Positions 1-9,017 of a stretch of DNA of 64,000 nt are shown here, in pieces. Position numbers and translations under genes: made by a program. Location: contig CAXXYE010000009.1 in NCBI GenBank assembly GCA_963674865.2, positions 1,280,001-1,344,000 on the forward strand. The letters are read 5' to 3'. This DNA comes from Candidatus Hydrogenedentota bacterium. Its GTDB lineage: Bacteria; Hydrogenedentota; Hydrogenedentia; Hydrogenedentales; SLHB01. Under the pieces are notes generated by a model. It ran no database searches and was not told the origin of the DNA. It saw only the letters and a list, made by a program, of their open reading frames with translations. Numbering within the stretch: position 1 is the first letter of the stretch; each line of letters starts with the position of its first letter.

Positions 1-654
1 GTAGCCGCCTTCCGGCGTTGGTTCAATCCGTGAGGTGATCGTCTTGTTGTTGGCGTACTCCGTATGACTCTCAAGAACATCGGCGTACAGTTCGGCGGCT
101 CGATCGTATGTTCCCCGCTTCCAAAGAAGGTCGGCAAGGGCGAGTTTGTACTCCGCGCGGCCCGGTTCGGCCTCGAGTTGGGCCGTGAGCTTCTTGACCT
201 TGGCCTCAATCTGCTCAGTTGTCTGGTACTTCGACGCGTATTCCTCGTTGAGCTCAGCCACGGAGGCTCTGGCTTCTTCCGCGTGCTCTCCCTCGGGGGC
301 AAGACGTAGATATTCATTAAACGCCTCGATGGCGTCCTTGTAACTGTCGAGATCACGATAGACAACGCCCAGGAGATACCGTGCCTCAAGTGCGGGGCCG
401 GACTCTGGAGCCCGGTCGACAAGGTGCAGCAGGCGTGGGATCACCAGCGTGTGGTCGCCGGCTTTGACCAGCCGCCGCGCCTCCTGGATCTCTTTATTAT
501 CGCCTGGGCGCGCATGGCCGGGAGAGGGGGTTACGCATCCCCCGGCAAAGAGCAATGTCGCCAGACAGGGCAGCACCCAACGGACCGTTGCGGGGTGCAA
601 AGAGGCGTGTGTCAAGGTTACGAACCACTTTCCTTCTGCAGGCCTTGGCCGCAT
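1..654 (-). CDS. TPR-repeat lipoprotein (partial, runs off the window start)
   Basis: Not in the ORF track; translated by hand from ATG 654 with no stop to position 1. Hydrophobic stretch ending in a lipobox-like LLFAGGC, then TPR-like helices (ARYLLGVVYRDLDSYKDAIEAFNEYLRLAP; LALADLLWKRGTYDRAAELY). Confidence 0.75.
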   Translation of the reverse strand, partial: MRPRPAEGKWFVTLTHASLHPATVRWVLPCLATLLFAGGCVTPSPGHARPGDNKEIQEARRLVKAGDHTLVIPRLLHLVDRAPESGPALEARYLLGVVYRDLDSYKDAIEAFNEYLRLAPEGEHAEEARASVAELNEEYASKYQTTEQIEAKVKKLTAQLEAEPGRAEYKLALADLLWKRGTYDRAAELYADVLESHTEYANNKTITSRIEPTPEGGY

Positions 655-667
655 GCGCTAGCGCGGC

Positions 668-1132
668 CTACTTCTTCTCATCTTTGGTCTTCTTGCGCTC
701 GCCCGTAATCTCCGAGATGACCAGTTCGGTAATGTCTTTGGCCGGGACCGGGGGCTTCAATTTGCCCAAGTAGCCCTTGGCCGCAACCAAGTCGTACTCG
801 GTGTCTTCGCCCACCTGTGCAATGGCTCGCAAAGCACGGGTACTCGCTTTGCTCATGAGCAGCCAGAATTTGCCGGTTCCCCGCTTGATCTTGTCTTTTT
901 TGACTTCTTGGTACTCAGGCGTGGCCTTGATGACCTCATCGAAGTCGACTTCGCCCGGTTTTTCGAAGCTCTTGGTATCTCCCCAGAACACCTTGGTTCG
1001 GTCAAGTTGGTCTTGGGGAATGGTGTGCGCCCTAGCCCGACCGGGCGCAAGGAACACCAACGCGGCGATAAATGCGATTCGAGCCAGGTGAGACAAGGAC
1101 GGGGGAGGTCCTTTGGTTGGTGTAGGTAGCAT
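668..1132 (-). CDS. Secreted protein, OmpH/Skp-like with a short coiled-coil region
   Basis: Signal peptide ending ARA; Skp-like motifs VDFDEVIKATPEY, AIAQVG...YDLV and KDITELVISEI. Confidence 0.55.
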   Translation of the reverse strand: MLPTPTKGPPPSLSHLARIAFIAALVFLAPGRARAHTIPQDQLDRTKVFWGDTKSFEKPGEVDFDEVIKATPEYQEVKKDKIKRGTGKFWLLMSKASTRALRAIAQVGEDTEYDLVAAKGYLGKLKPPVPAKDITELVISEITGERKKTKDEKK

Positions 1133-1200
1133 GAGCTTCCGTTACGTCTCCCTTCCGACCCGAGTAAACCACCGTCGCTCAAGCGCTTAACACGCGAATT

Positions 1201-1229
1201 ATTCTACGAATTTCTTAACTTATTGTCAA
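1201..1229 (-). promoter_or_regulatory. sigma70-type promoter for the 1132 gene
   Basis: Minus strand TTGACA-N17-TAGAAT. Confidence 0.75.
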
Positions 1230-1282
1230 GTAATGACCCTTTGGCCATACATAAAAACCCGTTCTGGCCGGGCAACGTTGTG

Positions 1283-1291
1283 ATTATACCA
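1283..1291 (-). promoter_or_regulatory. Extended -10 promoter element
   Basis: Minus strand TGGTATAAT (TGnTATAAT); no good -35. Confidence 0.45.
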
Positions 1292-1763
1292 CATAAACCA
1301 TTGGTCTTAGATATCTTAGCGCAACAACGCCCAGTCCATCCCGGTTAACTCAACAGTATCCATCCTCTTGAGATTCAAAAAGTTCCCCGATGTCGAAGAC
1401 CTGCAAACCGGGGCGCCTGAAGACTGTACAAGTGCTTTCTAGGAACATAACAGGTTCTTCAACAACCACATGCCTCGGTCGCCCCGTGTGGTACTTTTCA
1501 GGGTCCAGGGGGGGATTGCCCCGCCCTTGGCCCTCCCGTTGTCTTGTTCCCGCTGCCCATGAGCTTGTGTCGCCACGCTTGATGCCAGTATGCTCTGAGA
1601 CACATCCAAGACGATGGCCCGTCCCGTAGTGCTCCGTCCTGGCCCACGGGATGCACTTAGGTCAACGCGGGCGACTTGGCGTGCGTTAACCAGTGTAGCG
1701 GGTGGGGTGTGCCAATGGCTGACGCGCCGGCGCCGGTGGGAGTGGCGCGGAAAGGAATATCGG

Positions 1764-4337
1764 ATGGTATTGCGTCTCATTTTGTCGGTCTTCCTCCTGC
1801 AGGTGTCCCTAAGCGGCATGGGGGCCTCGGAGGTATTTGAACCTGTTGAGCCGGTGGAGTCGGGTCTGGCCGAAGCAAATGGGGGCGAGCGAATCTACGT
1901 TGAAATGGACGATCCCGGAGAGGACGCCCTCTCGGTGCTTCAGGTCTCGTATGATGAAATGTGCCCCGGCGATGGGTCCGTTACCTTTGTTTGCAGCCTT
2001 GGCAGTGCACCAGGGGCGGAGAAGGCGCTGATGCGCCTCCGGCTTGTTGGGCAGGATGGGACTGTGGTTCACGAGGCCGACTCGGTTGTGGGGACGGGCG
2101 AAGCGCCGTGCGTTTTCAGTTGGAGCGGCCAGTTTCTGGAAGCCGGGGTATATCGCGTCTGTGTTGAGGTCGTAGCATCCAAGGGAATGCCCGTAGCGAC
2201 GCGGCATTTCACGTTGCGCAAGCTCGCGAAGGCTCAGGTGGCAGGTGATGTCGAGACGGCCTCACAGACGGCGGCCGAACTCGCAGAGCATCTCGATACG
2301 CTTGACTGGGCCGAGGCGGGCGCCTCGTATGCGGCGGTGCGCACCGTGATCGCCCGGGAGAGCGCACAACGCGCGCAGGAAGCGTTCGAAGCGGGCGATT
2401 GGCGCCGTGCGGAGGCGCTCGCCCGGTATTCCCGCGGGGCAGTGGACTCGATTCGCGCCCGGCTCACATTCGGTAATGATGCCGAAGAACTGAAGGGGGC
2501 GGTGCCCGCTCCTGACTTGAGCACGTTGGCGGTACGTGACGGCGGACTTTATGCCGCGGGCCGGCCGGTCTTTCTCTTCGGCATGAACCTGCCGTCGAGC
2601 GAGCCCGCTTCGTTGGCGCGGCTGCGCGAGTGTGGGCTCAATATGGTGTCCGTAGAGGCCACGCCGGCCGACGCGGCGACGGCGGGCGGAAGCACCGACG
2701 GGCCGACTGAACGGCTGGACGCCCTCTTCAAGGATGCCAAGACGAATAACATGTCCGTGATGTATTCCATTGCGCCTCATGTTCTGAGTGCCCGTATGGC
2801 CTCAGCGGCGGCGGAATCGGGCGATGGGAACACCGGTTCCTTCGGATTCGAGATCACCGGCCGCGCGGCACGCGCGGCTATCGAGCGCTATGTGCGCGCC
2901 ACAGCGACCAGTCTCGCGGGACACGACATGCTGTGTAGCGTTTGTCTCTTGGACAAACCCATCTTCAGACTCAGGGGAGAGGAGATAAGGGCCGGCTTCA
3001 TACGTTTTGTTGAGAGTGCCTATGAGGATCGTTACGAACTCAACACGATGTGGAAGACAAAGCTCGCCTCCTTCGACGAGATTGACGTTGATATGGGCAT
3101 TGAGCAGGCCGCGTATCAATACGACTGGCAGACGTACCATATGCAGTTGTGTACGGAGTTCGTCGATTGGCTGCATGATTTGGTGCGCGATACGCTACCC
3201 ACGACGCCACTGCACCTTCGCTTTGCCGGAGACATTCTCGAACCGGCGGCGACGGAGGACGGCATCGAGCACGAGCGTCTCGCCGCTGCCCTGGACGTCG
3301 TCGCCTGCAGCGTAAGTGGCAGCGCCCATGACCCTTACTATGCCATGGCCTATCCGAAGCTCCCGCTTATCGTCACGCTGATGCGTTCTCTGGCGCCGAA
3401 CAAGCCCGTCTTCAACTCCGACTATGTATTCTTCGAGGATGGCCTCCCCGAGATGGCCCACGCTGCCGCCAGTGTTCACAGCGTCATGTGGGAGGCGGCC
3501 ATGTCGGGCCTGACGGCCTCAGCTGTGCATTCCTGGGGGCCTACGACGAGTGGCCAAGGTGCGTCAGAGGGGCTTTGGAATAGCCCGGCCTGTCTCGATG
3601 GATACGCGACGGCGTGCCTGGATCTCAACAGACTCGCGGACGTCGTCACGGCGTTCCAGCGGGCTCCGGCCGAGGTGGCTGTTCTGTGGAGTCTCCCGTC
3701 GCGCATCCGTCATAACGGCGAACCGTACCTGGCCTCCGTCACGGCGGCCTTCGAGGGCGCGTCGTTTTCGGGGCGCAACGTGCGCTTCATCACGGAGGGC
3801 CAGTGCGCGGCCGGCGAGCTATCCGACGTGCAGGTGCTTGTGATTCCGCAGGCGGAGGCTGTCGAGGAGTCCGCCTTCGCAGCCATCAATCAGTACATCG
3901 CCGACGGCGGCATTGTGGTGCGAGTAGGCACGCCGCTCTTCTACAACGAGCGGGGCTATTCCCGCCAGACGGTTATAGCGAATAGCCTACAAACGCTGTT
4001 GATCCGCGGACGCGACACCTCCACCCAATACCTACACGCCATGGACGGGGTGGAGAGTTTGGGGCGGCTCACTCCTATCCTCCGGGCGATCAATCCCTAC
4101 GGTTATCCGCTCGAGGGGGTCAAGACGCGGTATCTGGCTCAGGAAGGGCGGGAATACCTCTACGTTGTCAACCTGCGGAAGGAACCTGTCACGTGTTACC
4201 TCTCCTGCGGCGCGCGCACCGGACGAGACTTGATCCAAGGGCGGGATGTGGCCTTTCCTGCGAATCTGCCGCCGCTTGATCCGATGCTGATCTCGCTCGA
4301 TCCGCCGGACACCGCCTCCGCCGGCGAAGCCCCCTAG
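1764..4337 (+). CDS. Secreted GH42/beta-galactosidase-like protein (TIM barrel plus trimerisation-type domain)
   Basis: AAGGA RBS before ATG 1764; signal peptide; GH42-like ELNTMWKTKLASFDEI, YDWQTY, AEVAVLWS and DVQVLVIPQAEAV segments. Confidence 0.65.
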   Translation: MVLRLILSVFLLQVSLSGMGASEVFEPVEPVESGLAEANGGERIYVEMDDPGEDALSVLQVSYDEMCPGDGSVTFVCSLGSAPGAEKALMRLRLVGQDGTVVHEADSVVGTGEAPCVFSWSGQFLEAGVYRVCVEVVASKGMPVATRHFTLRKLAKAQVAGDVETASQTAAELAEHLDTLDWAEAGASYAAVRTVIARESAQRAQEAFEAGDWRRAEALARYSRGAVDSIRARLTFGNDAEELKGAVPAPDLSTLAVRDGGLYAAGRPVFLFGMNLPSSEPASLARLRECGLNMVSVEATPADAATAGGSTDGPTERLDALFKDAKTNNMSVMYSIAPHVLSARMASAAAESGDGNTGSFGFEITGRAARAAIERYVRATATSLAGHDMLCSVCLLDKPIFRLRGEEIRAGFIRFVESAYEDRYELNTMWKTKLASFDEIDVDMGIEQAAYQYDWQTYHMQLCTEFVDWLHDLVRDTLPTTPLHLRFAGDILEPAATEDGIEHERLAAALDVVACSVSGSAHDPYYAMAYPKLPLIVTLMRSLAPNKPVFNSDYVFFEDGLPEMAHAAASVHSVMWEAAMSGLTASAVHSWGPTTSGQGASEGLWNSPACLDGYATACLDLNRLADVVTAFQRAPAEVAVLWSLPSRIRHNGEPYLASVTAAFEGASFSGRNVRFITEGQCAAGELSDVQVLVIPQAEAVEESAFAAINQYIADGGIVVRVGTPLFYNERGYSRQTVIANSLQTLLIRGRDTSTQYLHAMDGVESLGRLTPILRAINPYGYPLEGVKTRYLAQEGREYLYVVNLRKEPVTCYLSCGARTGRDLIQGRDVAFPANLPPLDPMLISLDPPDTASAGEAP

Positions 4338-4428
4338 TCCACGGCGCCCCTGCGGCAGAGAAGGCTCTTCTCTTGCCGGCATGACTCCGGGTACACTTTC
4401 GTCATACGTTTGACGCAAGGAGTGCACC

Positions 4429-5505
4429 ATGGTGATGCCCATCGAGGTTATACCGGATTGGGAGCTGCGTATAGCGCGGCAGGACGCGTTCTGGGAGTGC
4501 GCCGTACTCGACCGGCCGGTTGTGACGATTACCACGCCCAAGGCCATCCCAGTCTGTCCGCGTCCTCAGCCAAGGACGTACACCTCTCACCGATTGTGGT
4601 GGTTCGATGTCGAGCGCGTTGTCGAGGACGCGTTGGCCGGCGTCCAGAACACAGACTACTGGGGCGATGCGCTGCCGCGCGTGTGGCCCAATCTCGGGCC
4701 CGAGGTCTTCAGTGCTTTCTTCGGGCAAGAAATGGAATACACGGAGTCCACCTCATGGACGATTCCCGTGTTGAAGGACTGGGCCGAGGCCGGTCGGCTG
4801 GCTTTCTCGAAGGAGAACCTCTACTGGAGGAAGCTGGTGGCCATGACGGACGCGCTGTTGGAAGCGGGCAGGGGGAAGTTCTACACCGGGCTGAGCGATC
4901 TTCATCCCGGCGGCGACGCCGTGGCCGCTTTTCGCGATCCCATGACGCTCAATACCGACCTGCTCATGTATCCGGAAGAAGTAAAGGCCCTCTTGGCACG
5001 GATTACCACCACGTATTTCGAGGTCTACGACTTCTTCTATAAGAAGCTCTCCACGGCTGGACAGGCCATCACGACCTGGGCGGGGATCGCGTCCACCAGG
5101 AAATGGTATGTGCCCTCAAACGACTTCTCGTGTATGGTTTCAAACGAGATGTTCGAGGAGTTCTTCCTGCCGGGGATCATCGAGGAGTGCCGGTTCATGG
5201 AGGCGTCCATGTACCATCTCGATGGGCCAGGGGCGCTGCGTTTTCTCGACTATCTACTTGAAATCCCCGAGCTGAACGCGATCCAGTGGATTTACGGGGC
5301 GGGGAATGGCCGCGCCTCGGACTGGCTGGAGGTGTACCGTCGATGCCAGGCTGCCGGCAAGGGAATTCAACTCGGCTGTGAGCCGAACGAACTGGATGTA
5401 TTGATGGAGCGCCTTAGGCCTGAGGGGGTGTGGCTGAGCGTCGGCGGCATTCGGAGCGGTGAAGAGGCCGAAGCCGTCATCAGGAAGGTAGCCGCTTGGC
5501 GATAG
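4429..5505 (+). CDS. URO-D/methylcobamide methyltransferase-like TIM-barrel protein
   Basis: AAGGAG RBS; DLHPGGD, NDFSCMVS..MFEEFFLP, YHLDGPGA and IQWIYGAG motifs typical of this superfamily. Confidence 0.65.
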   Translation: MVMPIEVIPDWELRIARQDAFWECAVLDRPVVTITTPKAIPVCPRPQPRTYTSHRLWWFDVERVVEDALAGVQNTDYWGDALPRVWPNLGPEVFSAFFGQEMEYTESTSWTIPVLKDWAEAGRLAFSKENLYWRKLVAMTDALLEAGRGKFYTGLSDLHPGGDAVAAFRDPMTLNTDLLMYPEEVKALLARITTTYFEVYDFFYKKLSTAGQAITTWAGIASTRKWYVPSNDFSCMVSNEMFEEFFLPGIIEECRFMEASMYHLDGPGALRFLDYLLEIPELNAIQWIYGAGNGRASDWLEVYRRCQAAGKGIQLGCEPNELDVLMERLRPEGVWLSVGGIRSGEEAEAVIRKVAAWR

Positions 5506-5731
5506 GCCTGTTGACACAGGCCTCGGAGTGCGCTTCAGCTCAGGTAGTCCCGATGGATGCGCCATCCCACGTAGACGCCTAACATACTCGCGAATGAACT
5601 CAACAGGAATGCCGTCATCACGCCGATGCCGGCTCCCAGCCACCATCCCACCCAGCCGAAGATGGAGGCGCCGAAGAACATGCACAGTCTGCCCATTGCT
5701 TCTCCTTACGCACGGGCGGCGAACGGCGTCT

Positions 5732-6430
5732 TCACGCCTCCGTCGTTGCCTCGCCGTGCATGGATGCCCATAGGATCTCATCAAGTGGTGCGCCGCGTGA
5801 CGGACAGTTCTCGCGGTGGCACAACTGACAACTGCGAAAGTCGACTTCTTTGGGAAACCGGACGCCCGACACACTCTTGATGGGCACCATCAGCGAGCTT
5901 GGCGTCAGCGTCACGCCAATCAGCGCCTCCACGTCGCCCAATAGTGAGAATAACAGCCCCTGCTGCTCGATGGGCCACACCGCCGCATCGCCCGATCCGG
6001 GACTCATGCTCGAAGCCTTTTCCAGTGCATACGCGCGAGCGAGGTGATCGTTCAGGTGTCGAATCGCGCATCGGAGTGCCGCCTCCTTGAGCGCGTCAAG
6101 CCGGTAACGCTGAACGAAGTCGCCCGAGGGAACAGCGATCTCGTCCACCTCCCGTCCGCACGTCGCGACAAAGGCGAACACCCGCTCGACACCGTCCAAG
6201 TTCGCCCGTAACGCCGAACTCGTGAACGTGACTCCCGCCACGGTTACCGTCGCCTCACCTCGCTTATCAACATAGCATTCCCGATAGACGGCTTTGGGTC
6301 TCGCCACCGCGCATAGCTCTTTCGCCAGCACGCTGAATTGCTCGCCGTCCTCACTCCCCTCCTCGACACGAAGACGCTCACTCAGCGAAGTGATATCAAG
6401 GTTAAGAGGTATGTTGTCGAGAACTTCCAT
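5732..6430 (-). CDS. Stand-alone B12-dependent methionine synthase activation-domain-like protein
   Basis: FVATCG, MSPGSG, WPIEQQ, IGVTLTPSSLMVPIKSVSG and C-terminal CQLCHRENCPSR. Confidence 0.75.
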   Translation of the reverse strand: MEVLDNIPLNLDITSLSERLRVEEGSEDGEQFSVLAKELCAVARPKAVYRECYVDKRGEATVTVAGVTFTSSALRANLDGVERVFAFVATCGREVDEIAVPSGDFVQRYRLDALKEAALRCAIRHLNDHLARAYALEKASSMSPGSGDAAVWPIEQQGLLFSLLGDVEALIGVTLTPSSLMVPIKSVSGVRFPKEVDFRSCQLCHRENCPSRGAPLDEILWASMHGEATTEA

Positions 6431-6627
6431 CCTTCGCTGTCCTTTGCTCTCGGCGTCAGAGACACCACCTTGAGACTATCTGTGCCGCATGCCATGTCGG
6501 TTGGGCGCAGAGCCAGCATGGGAAAGGGGGTATTCGTCTGGTGCGCGGGTCCTCTTTGTGAAGCTGTCGCATGATTCAGGACTGGGGTGGGCGAGTCCGT
6601 GATGGACAGTCTGCGACGTGTCATACA

Positions 6628-6704
6628 TGGTACCGGGGTCGGGGGTCGAACCCGAGACCTCTGGATCCACAATCCAGCGCTCTAACCAACTGAGCTACCC
6701 CGGC
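6628..6704 (-). tRNA. tRNA-His(GUG), CCA encoded, non-canonical acceptor stem
   Basis: Cloverleaf GCCGGGG TA GCTC AGTTGGTTA GAGC G CTGGA TT-GTG-GA TCCAG AGGTC TCGGG TTCGACC CCCGA CCCCGGT A CCA. Confidence 0.97.
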
Positions 6705-6726
6705 ACAATACGCCACGCATCTGCGA

Positions 6727-6756
6727 AGTATATGCAACGCGCGGCATGACAGTCAA
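6727..6756 (-). promoter_or_regulatory. Promoter of tRNA-His
   Basis: Minus strand TTGACT-N18-TATACT about 20 nt upstream of G1. Confidence 0.6.
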
Positions 6757-6871
6757 ACGCCCGGCGCGCCGCACCTTACGCCGCGCGTCAAGACATTGGA
6801 AGCAAGTGCACTTTCAAGGCGCCGTGTGCGCGGCGCGGCCGAGTTACTTGGCGATTGCTCCTCATCTGCAC

Positions 6872-6901
6872 TTGTCACGCGGAGTTCACTCCCCTTATAA
6901 T
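6872..6901 (+). promoter_or_regulatory. sigma70-type promoter upstream of trxB
   Basis: TTGTCA-N18-TATAAT. Confidence 0.6.
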
Positions 6902-7071
6902 GCCGCCAGAGGACGGGCAGAGCCACGATGAGGGGCTTTCTTGCCGGGCAAGGCCGGGAGATGGGCGGGAGTCCGGCGCGGGGCCGCTTAAAGCAGGTTG
7001 CTGCTAGACATCATTGCCACCCTCCGGTGGAACTTCATCCCGTTTCCGCGACCGCGCGCTGGGAGAAAGCT

Positions 7072-8019
7072 ATGGAAGACGTCATTATCATCGGATCCGG
7101 GCCGGCTGGCTACACGGCGGCGCTCTATACGGCGCGGGCGAGTCTATCGCCGTTGGTTCTCGAGGGAGAGCCAAGCCAGAGCATATTGCCGGGCGGGCAA
7201 CTCATGACGACCACCGAGGTCGAGAACTTCCCCGGTTTTCCCGAGGGAGTCTCCGGCCCCGACCTCATGGGGCTCTTCAGGAAGCAGGCGGAGCGGTTTG
7301 GCGCCCGCTTCGAGTACAAGACCGTGACGAAGGTGGAGCTGGAGGCGCGTCCCTTCACGGTGAGTGCGGACGATCTGCGCTGGGATGCCAGGGCGATCAT
7401 CATTGCTACCGGCGCTACGGCCAAGTATCTTGGCCTCGAGTCCGAGCGGCGTTTCATGAATCGCGGCGTATCGGCGTGCGCCACGTGCGACGGCGCCCTG
7501 CCACGTTTCAGGAACCAGGCCATCGTTGTGGTGGGCGGCGGCGACTCGGCCATGGAAGAGGCGCTTTTCCTGGCGAACTTCGCCAGCCGCGTCCACGTGG
7601 TTCATCGGCGCGACGCCTTGCGGGCCAGCAAGATCATGGGCGACCGGGTCTTGGCCCACGACAAGATCACTGTGGAATGGAACTCCGTCGTGGATGAGGT
7701 GTTGGGCGATGACGAGCACGGTGTGACGGGGGTGCGCCTGAAGGATGTGAAGACGGGCCACACCCGTGAGATAGCCTGCGCCGGGTACTTCTCCGCGATA
7801 GGCCACAAGCCCAATACCGATGTCTTCGCGGGCTTGATTGATACGGATGAAACCGGCTATATCATTACCAAGGCGGGACGAACACACACCAATGTTGAAG
7901 GTGTGTTCGCGGCAGGGGATGTGCAGGACAGCGTCTACCGGCAGGCCATCACCGCCGCGGGTTCTGGGTGTATGGCGGCCATCGACTGCGCCCGTTGGCT
8001 TGAAGGGCAGGGCAAGTAA
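7072..8019 (+). CDS. trxB: Thioredoxin-disulfide reductase
   Basis: IIGSGPAGYTAA, redox CATC (GVSACATCDG), GGGDSAMEEA, VHRRD and AAGDV..YRQAITAAG; GGAG RBS before ATG 7072. Confidence 0.95.
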   Translation: MEDVIIIGSGPAGYTAALYTARASLSPLVLEGEPSQSILPGGQLMTTTEVENFPGFPEGVSGPDLMGLFRKQAERFGARFEYKTVTKVELEARPFTVSADDLRWDARAIIIATGATAKYLGLESERRFMNRGVSACATCDGALPRFRNQAIVVVGGGDSAMEEALFLANFASRVHVVHRRDALRASKIMGDRVLAHDKITVEWNSVVDEVLGDDEHGVTGVRLKDVKTGHTREIACAGYFSAIGHKPNTDVFAGLIDTDETGYIITKAGRTHTNVEGVFAAGDVQDSVYRQAITAAGSGCMAAIDCARWLEGQGK

Positions 8020-8151
8020 CCCGGAGCGGCGGCCAACGCCGTTCCAGCAGCAGATTAGGGAAGGGCGGACGCAATCGACACGGCGTCATCGCAGCGCAGG
8101 CCATAGGTGCTTGACAACGCGTGGATTGCCCCCGAAACATGGTGAATCCGG

Positions 8152-8940
8152 ATGAGTATCCATCCTACAGCGATTATTGATCCAAAGGCTGAACTGGCTG
8201 AAGGAGTTGAGGTCCAACCTTACGCCATCATCGGCGCGCAGTGTGTCATCGGCGCTGGGACCATTATCGGCCCGCACTGCGTCATTGATGGGCGTGCCGT
8301 GATTGGCGAGAACAACCGGTTCTTCAGCGGCGCCCAAGTGGGCGTTCTCTCTCAGGACCTCAAGCACAATCACGATTTCATCGGCCGAACGGTCATCGGG
8401 GACAACAACGTCTTCCGGGAGCATGTGACCATCAGCGCGAGTACCATCACCGGCTATGACGACGAACACCGAGTTACGTCCATCGGCAACCACTGTATGC
8501 TTATGGCCTACGCGCACATCGCCCATGATTGTCACGTGGGGGACTACGTGATCATGGCCAACTGCGCCTCGCTGTCGGGGCACGTTGACGTCGAGTCCAA
8601 GGCCATTCTGGGCGGCCTGAGCGGCATCCACCAGGAATGCGTTATCGGGACGCTCGCCTTTGTGGGAGGGATGACGCGCGTTAACAAAGACGTTGCGCCC
8701 TACATGCTCGTCGAGGGCAATCCCGCAGCATGCCATGGGCCCAACTCTGTGGGACTCCGCCGCAACAACCTCTCTCCGGAGGCCCGTTCGCGCATCAAGG
8801 CGATGTACAAGCTCATGTTCCGTTCCAACCTGAATACGACACAGGCGCTGCACGAGATCGAGGCCACGGTGGCGGAGGGCGACGAGCGTAACCGGTTCGT
8901 CGATTTCTTCCGTAGGTCGTTACGCGGGGTGACGAAGTAG
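8152..8940 (+). CDS. lpxA: Acyl-ACP--UDP-N-acetylglucosamine O-acyltransferase
   Basis: IHPTAIIDPKAEL, hexapeptide repeats, QDLK, HIAHDC, HQ, NSVGLRR. Confidence 0.95.
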   Translation: MSIHPTAIIDPKAELAEGVEVQPYAIIGAQCVIGAGTIIGPHCVIDGRAVIGENNRFFSGAQVGVLSQDLKHNHDFIGRTVIGDNNVFREHVTISASTITGYDDEHRVTSIGNHCMLMAYAHIAHDCHVGDYVIMANCASLSGHVDVESKAILGGLSGIHQECVIGTLAFVGGMTRVNKDVAPYMLVEGNPAACHGPNSVGLRRNNLSPEARSRIKAMYKLMFRSNLNTTQALHEIEATVAEGDERNRFVDFFRRSLRGVTK

Positions 8941-9017
8941 CCGCCGCTCCGCACGAGGACTACATGCAGGTTTCGACTGTCTCTCTCGGGGATGTCGTCT
9001 GAGCCAAGGAGCCCGTC

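Noticed and set aside
1180..1400. AT-rich stretch as a possible oriC
   Set aside because: No proper TTATnCACA boxes were found (TTATACCACA is better explained as an extended -10 on the minus strand), and no dnaA or dnaN is adjacent.
6430..6630. Integrative element at the tRNA-His 3' end
   Set aside because: No integrase and no duplicated tRNA 3' fragment were seen in the window.
6928..7071. N-terminal extension of TrxB from the ORF track
   Set aside because: Homology and the RBS point to ATG 7072; no riboswitch was recognised in this leader.
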